The position numbers and the translations under genes are program-made. Positions 17,906 through 26,642 of a stretch of DNA of 51,328 nt are shown here, piece after piece. Origin of the DNA: Planctomycetota bacterium (GTDB lineage: Bacteria > Planctomycetota > UBA1135 > UBA2386); assembly GCA_044351865.1 (NCBI GenBank), contig JBILEY010000002.1, positions 1 to 51,328 of the forward strand, given 5' to 3'. Under the pieces are notes generated by a model. It did not search any database, was not told the origin of the DNA, and saw only the letters and a list, made by a program, of their open reading frames with translations. How positions within the stretch are numbered: the stretch's first letter is position 1; each line of letters opens with the position of its first letter.

Positions 17906-19843
17906 ATGACCCCATCGATCCTGATCCGTGTCGCCACCGCCCTGATGGTCGGTGCGACGTTCCTGCCGGCGCAGTCGAAGCCGTCTGCCCAAGGTGGCGG
18001 CCCCGCCAAGGCGCGGGCCGAAGCCCAGAGCGCCGAGGACAAGGCTCAGGTCCGCCTGGCCGAGGTCATGGCGATGCTGCAGGACGAGGCGCTGACGCCA
18101 GCGCAGCGCGCCGAGGCGACGAAGAAGCTCGAAGAGGTCATGGCCGCGCTCGCCAGCGAGAAGATGGCGACGGCCAAGGCCGGTCAGGAGCCGAAGGTCG
18201 TGCGCAAGGTCGAGCGCAAGCTCGGCAAGAACGGCGAGGTCGTCGAGGAGACGGTGACCTCGAGCAGCAGCAGCTCGAACGCCACTCGCGACTCGCAGTC
18301 GTCGAGCTCCAGTTCGAGTGACAAGCAGTCGTCCAGCGACAAGAAGTCGGCGAGCGACGAGAAGTCGGCCAAGTCCGCAGACGGCAAGTCGTGGAAGGCC
18401 GGCAGCAAGGCCGAAGCCGACGACGGTGGGGGCAAGGCCGAAGGCGGCGAAGACAAGCCGCGGCGGCTGCGGATGCGCTGGTCGGGCGCTGCGCCCGCGA
18501 GCGAACCGCAGGAACCGGCGCCGGCGACGGCGCCAGAGGCCAAGAAGCCGCCGAAGGCGCCGCGTGCGCCGAAGGCTCCGAAGGCGGCTGTCGCGCCCGC
18601 GGAACCCGCCGAGCCGGTCGAGGTTCGCGTGGTCGAGTTGGCGCCTGGGCAGTTCCACGTAGTGCACGGGGAAGGCGGCGAGCCGCTGCTGCTGAGCACC
18701 GAACCCGGCGAGGTCGTCGAGCTGCCGCAGCTGGTGGAGCTGCGGGCCGAGTTCGAGAAGCTGACACCGCGGATCCTGGAGCAGGTGCGCGTGGCGCTGC
18801 CCGAGGGTCTCGGTGAGGGCTCGGAAGCGCTCCGCATCGCTCGCCTCGAGCTGGAGAAGGTGCGCGGCCAGCTGGGCACCGAGATGCACGAAGCGATGGA
18901 GGGGGCGCGCGAAGAGCTGGAGCTCGCGCGCGTCGAGCAGGGCGAAGCGAGGAAGCAGGCTCGGGTCGAGATGCTGCGCTACCGCGACAGCTTGCAGCGG
19001 CACGAAGACGGCAAGCGCGCCCACGCCGGAGCGCTGCGTTCGCACGAACAAGCGAAGCGCGCGCACGACGAAGCGCTGCGAGTGCACGACGAAGCGAAGC
19101 GCGCCCACGACGAGGCGCTGCGAGTGCACGACGAAGCGAAGCGCGCGCACGACGAAGCGCTGCGCAGCCACGAAGAGGCGGCGCGTGCGCACGCCGAGGC
19201 GATGGCTGCGGAGCGCGCGGTGCAGGACGAAGCGCGTGGTCCGCGCGGCCGGCGGGTGGTCGTCGATCGCGCCAGGGGCCAGCGCGGCGTCGCGGATCGC
19301 CAGTCCGACGATCGCCAGTCGGTCGAGCGCGTCTACGAAGTGCGCACGCGCAGCGTCGAAGGCCAGGACGACGAGATCCGCCGCCTGATCGACGAGATGC
19401 GCGGCGAGATGCAGGAGATCCGTTCGCTGATGCAGGAACTGCGCGAACGCGCCGACCAAGCACACGAGCGTCGCACCGGCCGCGCTGGGCGTTCGGGCAA
19501 CAGCCTGCTCGGTGGCCAGCGGCCGTCCGGCTCGTTCCCGGCGTCGGCGGAAGGTCGCGCCGTCGGCACCAGTCCGTTCGGTGCGACGTCGCAGCCCACC
19601 TGGCTGGCGCCGGCCGCGCCGGGCAGCACCTTCGGCTCGCAGCCGGTTCCGGGCCTGCCGCCGGCCCCGCCCGCTCCGCCGGTGCCGGGCGACGCCGGCG
19701 TCGGCGCGCTGTCGCCGCTCGAGACGCGCGGCGTGCCGGTGCTGCAGGGCCTGCCGGTGCTCGGCAACCTGTTCACGACGCGCACGGCTCCCGCTCCGGC
19801 CTCGACGCTGCCGCCCGTCCAGACGCAGCCGCTCGGTCGCTGA
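17906..19843 (+). CDS. Secreted low-complexity/coiled-coil protein with a His-heptad array and a secretin-like C-terminal motif
   Basis: In-frame ATG 17906 inside track ORF 16889..19843, preceded by GAGGAG. Signal-like MTPSILIRVATALMVGATFLPAQS. Ser-rich tract, KAPRAPKAPK tract, long charged helices, then a Pro/Gly-rich tail. Confidence 0.7.
   Translation: MTPSILIRVATALMVGATFLPAQSKPSAQGGGPAKARAEAQSAEDKAQVRLAEVMAMLQDEALTPAQRAEATKKLEEVMAALASEKMATAKAGQEPKVVRKVERKLGKNGEVVEETVTSSSSSSNATRDSQSSSSSSSDKQSSSDKKSASDEKSAKSADGKSWKAGSKAEADDGGGKAEGGEDKPRRLRMRWSGAAPASEPQEPAPATAPEAKKPPKAPRAPKAPKAAVAPAEPAEPVEVRVVELAPGQFHVVHGEGGEPLLLSTEPGEVVELPQLVELRAEFEKLTPRILEQVRVALPEGLGEGSEALRIARLELEKVRGQLGTEMHEAMEGAREELELARVEQGEARKQARVEMLRYRDSLQRHEDGKRAHAGALRSHEQAKRAHDEALRVHDEAKRAHDEALRVHDEAKRAHDEALRSHEEAARAHAEAMAAERAVQDEARGPRGRRVVVDRARGQRGVADRQSDDRQSVERVYEVRTRSVEGQDDEIRRLIDEMRGEMQEIRSLMQELRERADQAHERRTGRAGRSGNSLLGGQRPSGSFPASAEGRAVGTSPFGATSQPTWLAPAAPGSTFGSQPVPGLPPAPPAPPVPGDAGVGALSPLETRGVPVLQGLPVLGNLFTTRTAPAPASTLPPVQTQPLGR
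19001..19210 (+). repeat. Ten consecutive 21-bp (7-aa) units, each beginning with a His codon, inside the CDS
   Basis: Units: HEDGKRA, HAGALRS, HEQAKRA, HDEALRV, HDEAKRA, HDEALRV, HDEAKRA, HDEALRS, HEEAARA, HAEAMAA. The central units form near-identical 42-bp DNA repeats (19064..19147). Confidence 0.85.
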
Positions 19844-19864
19844 TCCACGCCGCCGCGGCGGGCG

Positions 19865-20737
19865 CTACTTGCCGTCGCCGAGCGCCGCGACCTCGACGTC
19901 GGTGAGGTCGCGCCCGAACGGGTCGTGCTCGTCGGCTCGCAGTCGCCGCAGCACGACGCGCGCGAACACGTTCGCCGGATTGGTTGCGACCGCGCGTTCG
20001 AGCCACTCGATCGCCTGCGCGCGCTTCTTCTGCAGGGAGCACGCCATCGCCGCGAACACCGACGGCCGCTCGTCGTCGTGCAGCACCTTGGCGGCGAACT
20101 CGAAGTGCGCGAGCGCCTTCTCGGCATCGTGGCCGAACCACTTCGGCGCCAGCAGCTGGCGCAAGCCGATGGCGACGTGCACCCGCGCATCGTCCTGGCC
20201 GCGTTCGCCGGCGCGTTGCAGCGCCGCGTGGATGCGGCCGTTCCACTGCAGCGCGCTGGCGATGCCGGTGATGCGCTGGCTCAACAGGGCCGCTTCGATG
20301 CGCAGCAGGTCGGCGCTGTCGTCACCGCGCTGCTGCGCCTTCGCCACCGCATCGAGGCCGAGTCGCACGTCGTCGGCGATCGCGGCCGGCAGTTCGCTCC
20401 AGGTCGGTTCGCCGACGCGCAGGCCGCGGCGGTGCGAACGCGCCAGCGCGCGCTCGAGGTGGGCATCGGCGAGCAGGTGCCACGCGGCTGCGTCGTCGGC
20501 CTTGGCGGCAGCGGCGGCGCGCGTCAGCTCGGCGACCACGGCGTCGAGGGCTTCGGTCGTGCAGGTGCGGCGGGCGGCGACCACCGCGGCGCGCGGGCCG
20601 GCGCCCGTGGCGGCGCTCGGCGTCGGCACCGTCGGCACCGCCAGTTCTTCGTGGGCCCGGGCCCCGAGCAGGATCCACGTCGTGCCGGCGAGAGCGAACG
20701 TGGCGGCGACGCACAGCGCGGGGACGAGTCGGGTCAT
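19865..20737 (-). CDS. Membrane-anchored helical-repeat (TPR/Sel1-like) protein of unknown function
   Basis: Real part of track ORF 19865..21919, starting at Met (cat 20735..20737, MTRLVPALCVAATFALAGTTWILLG). ATGA overlap with the glcF stop at 20734. Confidence 0.65.
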   Translation of the reverse strand: MTRLVPALCVAATFALAGTTWILLGARAHEELAVPTVPTPSAATGAGPRAAVVAARRTCTTEALDAVVAELTRAAAAAKADDAAAWHLLADAHLERALARSHRRGLRVGEPTWSELPAAIADDVRLGLDAVAKAQQRGDDSADLLRIEAALLSQRITGIASALQWNGRIHAALQRAGERGQDDARVHVAIGLRQLLAPKWFGHDAEKALAHFEFAAKVLHDDERPSVFAAMACSLQKKRAQAIEWLERAVATNPANVFARVVLRRLRADEHDPFGRDLTDVEVAALGDGK

Positions 20738-22020
20738 GAGGGCGGCAGCAGCAGCTCGATCGGGTGGCGGACCTGCGCCTTGTGGCCGGCCCGGCGCAGG
20801 TGGCTGTCGATCTGCAGCATGCAGCCGGGATTGCCGGTCACGACGAGATCGACGTCCGCGCGCGCGAGGCTTTCGACCTTGCGCCGACCTATTTCGTCGG
20901 CGAGCTCCGGTTGCAGCAGGTTGTAGATGCCGGCCGAGCCGCAGCAGTCCTCGGGCCGCTCGTGCGCGACCAGTTCGAGCCCCGGCACCTGCGCCAGCAG
21001 CTGTCGCGGCTGCGAACGCACGCCCTGGCCGTGGCACAGGTGGCAAGGGTCGTCGTAGGCGGCCTTGGCCCGCAGTGCGCGCGGCTTCGCCGTCAGCCCG
21101 TGCTCGGCGAGGAACTCGCTGACGTCGCGGCACTTCTTGCCGAACGTCGCCCCGCCCTCGTCGCCGAGCAGGTGGCCGTACTCCTTCATCGCGCAGCCAC
21201 AGCCGGCCGAGTTGTTGACGACGACGTCGGCTTGGGCGAACGCGGCGACGTTGGCGCGCGCCAGTTCGCGGGCCTGGTCCGGCATGCCCGCGTGCACCAG
21301 CAGGGCACCGCAGCAGCGCTGCGCCGCCGGCACGTCGACGTCGAAGCCGTTCTGCAGCAGCACCTGCAAGGTCGCGCGGTTGACGCGGCCGAACACCGGC
21401 TCCATCACGCAGCCGGTGAACAGTGCCACGCGCACGCCGCGGCGCGCGACACCCGGCGGCGGTGTGTGCAGGCCGGTCGGCAGCGGCCGCCGTTCGGCCG
21501 CCGGCGGCACCGGCGGCGCGATCGACGCCATCGCCTTCGGCACGAGCCGCAAGCGCGTCCCGAGCCAGCGCAGGCCGAGCACTTCGGCGGTGCGCAGCAA
21601 CGCGAACGCGAAGCGCAGGCGACCTTGCCGCGCCACCACGTGCCACAGCAGGAAGCGCACCAGCCAGCCCGCGACGCCCTTCTTCGGCTGCTGGCGTTCG
21701 AGTTCGGCGCGTGTCGTCTCGAGCACTTCGCCGTAACGCACGCCCGACGGGCACGCCGTCTCGCAGGCGCGGCAGTCGAGGCAGCGGTCGAGGAACGGCC
21801 GGATCGCCTGCGGATCCTGCACGCGCCCTTCGGCCAGCGCGCGCATCAGGTAGATGCGGCCGCGCGGCGAATCGGCTTCGACGCCGAGCACCTGGTAGGT
21901 GGGGCAGGTCGGCAGGCACAAGCCGCAGTGCACGCAGTCGAGCGTGCGCGTGTAGGCCGAGACGCCGCCGTGGGCGGCGACGGTGCCGGGGCCTGGGCAG
22001 GAATCAGACGAGGCGGCCAT
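20734..22020 (-). CDS. glcF: Glycolate oxidase iron-sulfur subunit
   Basis: Track ORF, 428 aa. Two ferredoxin-type clusters (CVHCGLCLPTCP and CLDCRACETACP), then two CCG-type Cys-rich domains (NSAGCGC, GNPGCMLQ). Confidence 0.85.
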   Translation of the reverse strand: MAASSDSCPGPGTVAAHGGVSAYTRTLDCVHCGLCLPTCPTYQVLGVEADSPRGRIYLMRALAEGRVQDPQAIRPFLDRCLDCRACETACPSGVRYGEVLETTRAELERQQPKKGVAGWLVRFLLWHVVARQGRLRFAFALLRTAEVLGLRWLGTRLRLVPKAMASIAPPVPPAAERRPLPTGLHTPPPGVARRGVRVALFTGCVMEPVFGRVNRATLQVLLQNGFDVDVPAAQRCCGALLVHAGMPDQARELARANVAAFAQADVVVNNSAGCGCAMKEYGHLLGDEGGATFGKKCRDVSEFLAEHGLTAKPRALRAKAAYDDPCHLCHGQGVRSQPRQLLAQVPGLELVAHERPEDCCGSAGIYNLLQPELADEIGRRKVESLARADVDLVVTGNPGCMLQIDSHLRRAGHKAQVRHPIELLLPPS

Positions 22021-23059
22021 GCGGATCGAGGGCGAGCTTCAGTTCGCGGGTGAGACGGGACACACCGGGATCGCCGGCGGTGGCGAGTCCGCGGCGCGGT
22101 GCGGCGGCGACGACGACGCGCACCGCGAGCGGGATCTTCGGCAGCGCAGCGAGGGCACGGTCGCTGTCGGCGGCGTTCGCGAACGCCACTTCGCAGCGGT
22201 TGCCGCCGTGCCACAGCAGCGCTTGCGCCGATGGCGCAGCAGCGAGCAGTGCTGGCAACTGCGCCGGCAGAACCAGCGTCGCCAGCACTTCGGCGTCGCT
22301 GGCGGCGGCGACGTGGTCGCGCCAGTTCGACGCGCTCGCGACGAGGCCGTTCGCTTGCAGCGTCGTGCGCACGAACGCCGCGCGCCCGACGATCCGTCCG
22401 CGCACTTCACAGCCGCCGTCGCGCGTCCACGCCAGCTGCAGCACGGCGAGGCCGGTCGGCAGCTGGCGCAGGCGCTGCACCAGCGCGATCGCGTCGGCGA
22501 GCGAGAGGCCGCCGTTGGCGAACCACTGCTCGGCGCGCGGCCTCGGCTTCAACCGCAGGTGCAAACGCGTCAACGCGAACAGCCGCCCTTCGCTGCCGAC
22601 CGCGAGCTTGTGCACGTCGAAGCCGGCGACGCTCTTCACCACGCGCGCGCCCGAACGGAAGAACGTGCCGTCGGCGAGCACGGCCTCGGCGCCGAGCAGC
22701 AGCGTGCGCGGGCTCTGTCCGCCGGGTGCTGCAGCGCCGAGCGGATCCGCGGCGAACAGGCCACCGAGCGTGCCTTCGCCCGGGCACGGCAGTTCGAGCC
22801 CGAGCGGCTGCAGGGCCGCGTCGAGGTCCGTGCGCAGCACGCCGCAGTCGACGGAGCACGTCTGGTCCGGGCCGTCCAGGCGCTCGATGGTCGCGAGGCC
22901 CGTCAGTCGTACGTGCAGGCTGTCGGCCGGTGCGGCCGGCAGGTGATGCTGCCGCGTGCCGCTGCCGACGAGGCGCACGGAGCCGCGGCTCGCGCGCAGC
23001 AGGTCCTGCAGTTCGGCGCACGAACGCGGCGTGGCGATCGACGAGGACGCAGCGCTCAT
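22004..23059 (-). CDS. glcE: Glycolate oxidase FAD-binding subunit
   Basis: Track ORF 22004..23158, trimmed to Met34 (cat 23057..23059), which gives an ATGA overlap with the glcD stop. FAD-binding PCMH-like pattern (VRLVGSGTRQ, KSVAGFDVHKL). Sits between glcD and glcF. Confidence 0.7.
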   Translation of the reverse strand: MSAASSSIATPRSCAELQDLLRASRGSVRLVGSGTRQHHLPAAPADSLHVRLTGLATIERLDGPDQTCSVDCGVLRTDLDAALQPLGLELPCPGEGTLGGLFAADPLGAAAPGGQSPRTLLLGAEAVLADGTFFRSGARVVKSVAGFDVHKLAVGSEGRLFALTRLHLRLKPRPRAEQWFANGGLSLADAIALVQRLRQLPTGLAVLQLAWTRDGGCEVRGRIVGRAAFVRTTLQANGLVASASNWRDHVAAASDAEVLATLVLPAQLPALLAAAPSAQALLWHGGNRCEVAFANAADSDRALAALPKIPLAVRVVVAAAPRRGLATAGDPGVSRLTRELKLALDPHGRLV

Positions 23060-24510
23060 CGCCGTTCCTCGTGGTCGAGCACCTTGGCGACCATATGCGG
23101 CCACTTCGCCACTTCGGCGCACGCACCGCGCGACGGCAGCACCTTGCCGGGATTGCACAGGCCGCTCGGGTTGAACACCGCGCGCACGCGCTGCATCACC
23201 GCGAGGTCAGAGTCGCCGTACATCATGCGCACGTGGTCGAGCTTCTCGGTGCCGATGCCGTGCTCGCCCGAGATGCTGCCGCCGAGGTCGACGCACAGCT
23301 GCAGGATCTCGCGGCCGGCGGCGACCGTGCGGCGCGTCTGCTCGGGGTCGCGCCCGTCGAAGCTGATGTTCGGGTGCAGGTTGCCGTCGCCGGCGTGGAA
23401 CACGTTCGTCATCACCACGCCGTGCTTCGCCCCGATCGCGGTGATGCCGGCGAGCGCTTCCTCGAGGCGAGTGCGCGGCACCACTCCGTCGAGCACGTAG
23501 AGGTCGGTGTTCAATCGCCCCATCGCGCCGAACGCACCCTTGCGGCCCTTCCACAGCCGTTTGCGCTCGGCGTAGTCGGTGGCCTCCTCGACGCGCAAGG
23601 CACCCTGCTGCGCGAAGAACGCACGCACCTCGGCCGCCTCTTCGGCGAGCACGTCGAGCGGGCCGTCGAGTTCGACCAGCAGCACGGCGGCGGCGTCTTC
23701 GGGATACCCGGCGCGATAGACCGACGCTTCGACGGCGCGGATCGTCGCCTGGTCGAGGATCTCGAGCGCTGCGGGCACGAGGCCGGCGGCGACGATGTCG
23801 CTGACCGTGCGGCACGCGGCGGTCATCGACGCGAACGCGCCGAGCAGCGTGCGCACACCCTGCTGGTCGCGGCACAGGCGCACGGTGATCTCGGTGGCGA
23901 TGCCGAACGTGCCCTCGCTGCCGCAGAAGACGGCCAGCAGGTCGGGTTCGCCCGGCCCGCGCGGGCCCGCCGGGCCGCCGAGGTGCAGCAGTTCGCCGTC
24001 GGGCAGAACGACCACGGCGCCGAGCACGTGGTCCTGGGTCATGCCGTACTTGAAGCAGTGCGGGCCACCGCTGTTCTCGGCCAGGTTGCCGCCGATCGTG
24101 CACACGGACTGGCTGCTCGGATCGGGCGCGTAGTGCAGGCCGTGGTGGTGCACCGCCGTCGTCAGGTCGAGGTTGACGACGCCCGGCTGCACGACCGCGT
24201 AGAGATCGTCGGTCGACACGTGCAGCACCTTGCGCATGCGCGCGAGGTCGATCACCACCGCGTCGCCGCCGGCGGTCGGGCCGCCGCTGAGGCAGGTGCC
24301 CGCACCACGCGGCACGAACGGCACCTTCGCCGCGTGCAGCAGGCGCACGATCGCCTGCACTTCCTGCGTCGACTCCGGCAGCACCACGGCGCGCGGCCGC
24401 GAACGGTGCACGGTGAAGCCGTCGCACTCCCAGGCCAGCAGCGCGTCGGGCGAGGTCAGCACGCGTTGCGGGCCGAGCAGGGCGGTGAGCTGCAGGTCGA
24501 GCGAGGCCAT
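23056..24510 (-). CDS. glcD: Glycolate oxidase subunit GlcD (FAD-linked oxidase)
   Basis: Real part of track ORF 23056..25407. Start chosen at MASLDLQLTALLG (24510); an alternative Met lies 6 codons upstream (24528). Motifs: PRGAGTCLSGG, TIGGNLAENSGGPHCFKYG, GSEGTFGI, HAGDGNLHP, SGEHGIG. Confidence 0.9.
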   Translation of the reverse strand: MASLDLQLTALLGPQRVLTSPDALLAWECDGFTVHRSRPRAVVLPESTQEVQAIVRLLHAAKVPFVPRGAGTCLSGGPTAGGDAVVIDLARMRKVLHVSTDDLYAVVQPGVVNLDLTTAVHHHGLHYAPDPSSQSVCTIGGNLAENSGGPHCFKYGMTQDHVLGAVVVLPDGELLHLGGPAGPRGPGEPDLLAVFCGSEGTFGIATEITVRLCRDQQGVRTLLGAFASMTAACRTVSDIVAAGLVPAALEILDQATIRAVEASVYRAGYPEDAAAVLLVELDGPLDVLAEEAAEVRAFFAQQGALRVEEATDYAERKRLWKGRKGAFGAMGRLNTDLYVLDGVVPRTRLEEALAGITAIGAKHGVVMTNVFHAGDGNLHPNISFDGRDPEQTRRTVAAGREILQLCVDLGGSISGEHGIGTEKLDHVRMMYGDSDLAVMQRVRAVFNPSGLCNPGKVLPSRGACAEVAKWPHMVAKVLDHEERR

Positions 24511-24618
24511 CGGCGGGTGCGGCAGCATAGCGAGGCGCGCTGCGGGCTCGGCACGCTGCCTCGGCGTGCATTTGGGGTCGTTGGCGTGTTCGCCGAGCAC
24601 CTCTAGCATGCGACCCGC

Positions 24619-25287
24619 ATGCGCCTTCCCACGCTGCTGGTGTTGCCGTTGCTCGCTGCCTGCCAGGCTTCGCCCGCACCCGCACCCGCTCCCGCGCCTG
24701 CACCCACTCCCGCGCCAGCGGCGTCGGCGGCGCCTGCCGCCCAGAATCCGGTGCGCCTGACCGTCGTGCAGCGCGGGCGTGAGAAGGTGCCCGGCACGGA
24801 AGGTCGCCTCTGGATCGAGGTCGACGACGTGACCGCGGGCCAGGTGCTGGTCAAGATCGTCGATCGCATGACGCGCGAGGACGCGCTGCCGCAGCGCTCG
24901 ATGCGATTTGGCGACGAGGCCTGGTTCCCGCTCGGTGGCGGCACGCGCGCGGTGGTCGTGCTGCGGCTGGCGAACCTGCTGATCGGTGAGGACTTCGTCG
25001 AGTTCGCCTTCGGCGAGCCGGGGGCGATGGCGAACGAGCAGATCGAGTCGGTGCTGCGGCGGGTCGCGAACTCGAAGATGACGTTCGTGCGCGAAGGTAC
25101 GGAGCACGACGCTGTTGCGACCGCACTGTGGCTGCGGCAGCAGTGGTTGACGGCAGGCGACGTCAGGACACTGGCGGCGTTCCTGGCGCGCTTCGTCGGC
25201 TCCGAAGGTGGCCCCGTGCCGGTGTGGTCGGTGCGGCTGCCGGGCGGCCGTCTGCTGCCGCTGGTCGAGTGGCTGAGCGGGTCGTGA
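24619..25287 (+). CDS. Lipoprotein of unknown function (C-terminal part resembles DUF5329-type proteins; low certainty)
   Basis: Track ORF, 222 aa. Lipobox LLAAC, then an (Ala-Pro)n linker. Normal composition afterwards. Confidence 0.7.
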   Translation: MRLPTLLVLPLLAACQASPAPAPAPAPAPTPAPAASAAPAAQNPVRLTVVQRGREKVPGTEGRLWIEVDDVTAGQVLVKIVDRMTREDALPQRSMRFGDEAWFPLGGGTRAVVVLRLANLLIGEDFVEFAFGEPGAMANEQIESVLRRVANSKMTFVREGTEHDAVATALWLRQQWLTAGDVRTLAAFLARFVGSEGGPVPVWSVRLPGGRLLPLVEWLSGS

Positions 25288-25418
25288 CCGAGCGCGTGGC
25301 GGGGGCCGTGGCGCCTCGGCCCGAGTCACCGATGCCAGCGGTCGTTCCGATGCGGCAAGAGCGCTGCCCTCGACCGTCAAGCAATCGGGCTGCGGATGCC
25401 GATGCACGTGCCGGTCGC

Positions 25419-26636
25419 ATGCCCCAAGTCCAGGTCAAGAAGGTCGTCGCCGTCTGCTTCCTCGAAGCAGTGAAGATGGCCCTGGACCACCTCGGCGCCT
25501 ATCGCCTCGAGCTGTCGCAGCAAGGCGTGCCCGGTTCGCCCGACCTGCCGCGCACCTACGGCGAGGTGCGTCGCCTGCGCGACTACCTGCAGCGCTGCGT
25601 CAGTGCCTTCCCGGAGCTCGTCGATCTGGACCTGCCGTCGCCCGACGCCGGACTGCTGGTCGCGTGCTGTCGGCGCTCCGTCGAGGCGATGGACCTGCGA
25701 CTGACCGAGCAGGCGGTGACCCCCGACGAACGCACGTGGCTGCAGCGCAAGCGTCAGGTCGTCTCCGACTGGGCAGTCGAACTGGCGGAGAAGCCGCTGC
25801 TCGAGCTGCCGCTGAAGAAGTTGTCGCCGGTGGCGACCGATGCCGCCCGTGCCCTGACGACGCGGCTGCAGAACAAGGTCTTCGGCGACGTGCGCGAACG
25901 GGCGAAGATCGTCGCGCCGCAGACTGCTGGCCCGAGCATGACCGCCGGCCTGCAGAGCTTCGGCGACCAGCTGCGCGCGATCGATCCGGCCGACTCCGAT
26001 CCCGGCAGCGATGCGCTGGCCGGCGCTGCCCGCGGAACGTCGGTGCCGGGCGTCCGCCAAGGCAGCGGGGCGTTCGGGCTCGGTCGAGACACGCTGGCGA
26101 TGACGCCGGAGGTTGAGGAACAGGGTGCTGCTCGTAGCCGGCCGGCGGGGGCGCCCATGCCCGAGACGGGCGCGCAGGTCGGTGCTTCGATGCTGTTCGA
26201 GCCGAGCAAGCTGCGCGATCCGCGGCTGCGCTCCCTCGCCGGGATGGATGCTCGCACCTTCGAGCGCCTGGTCGAGGTCGGCGACCACCGGCTCGCCACC
26301 GTGCTGCTGGCGTCGCTGCTGGAGTCCGCTGTGCTCGACTACGCGACGGCGCGCCGCGCCGAGTTCGGCCTCGCCGGCTCGCCGGAGACCTGGAACCTGC
26401 AGGACCTGCTGCTGAAGGCGCTCGGCGAACGGGCGGCGCCGCAGGACCGGGCGATGGCCTTCCACCTGTTCGCGTCGCGCAACCTGCTGCGGCCGGCGCT
26501 GCAGATGGTGACCCCGGCGGTGGTGACCTCGGCGACGTTCGAGCGCCTGCGCGAGTTCGTGCAGCGTGCGTTGCACGACCTCGGCTACGGCCTCGGCACC
26601 TTGCCGCCGGGCGCGCTGAAGGCCGGCGATCTCTGA
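25419..26636 (+). CDS. Hypothetical protein (structured N- and C-terminal helical regions, disordered centre)
   Basis: Real-looking part of track ORF 25128..26636 from ATG 25419 (MPQVQVKKVVAVCFLEAVKMALDHLG). Normal composition with K/F/Y/W. No recognisable family motif and no obvious RBS, so the start is uncertain. Confidence 0.55.
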   Translation: MPQVQVKKVVAVCFLEAVKMALDHLGAYRLELSQQGVPGSPDLPRTYGEVRRLRDYLQRCVSAFPELVDLDLPSPDAGLLVACCRRSVEAMDLRLTEQAVTPDERTWLQRKRQVVSDWAVELAEKPLLELPLKKLSPVATDAARALTTRLQNKVFGDVRERAKIVAPQTAGPSMTAGLQSFGDQLRAIDPADSDPGSDALAGAARGTSVPGVRQGSGAFGLGRDTLAMTPEVEEQGAARSRPAGAPMPETGAQVGASMLFEPSKLRDPRLRSLAGMDARTFERLVEVGDHRLATVLLASLLESAVLDYATARRAEFGLAGSPETWNLQDLLLKALGERAAPQDRAMAFHLFASRNLLRPALQMVTPAVVTSATFERLREFVQRALHDLGYGLGTLPPGALKAGDL

Positions 26637-26642
26637 CCCGCG

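Noticed and set aside
16421-19465. 1014-aa minus-strand ORF.
   Set aside because: It is an Arg/Ser/Ala-rich shadow frame antisense to the blaI / M56 / coiled-coil genes.
24673-24720. Simple repeat encoding (Pro-Ala)n (PAPAPAPAPAPTPAPA).
   Set aside because: It is an ordinary flexible linker following a lipoprotein lipobox, not a distinct genetic element.
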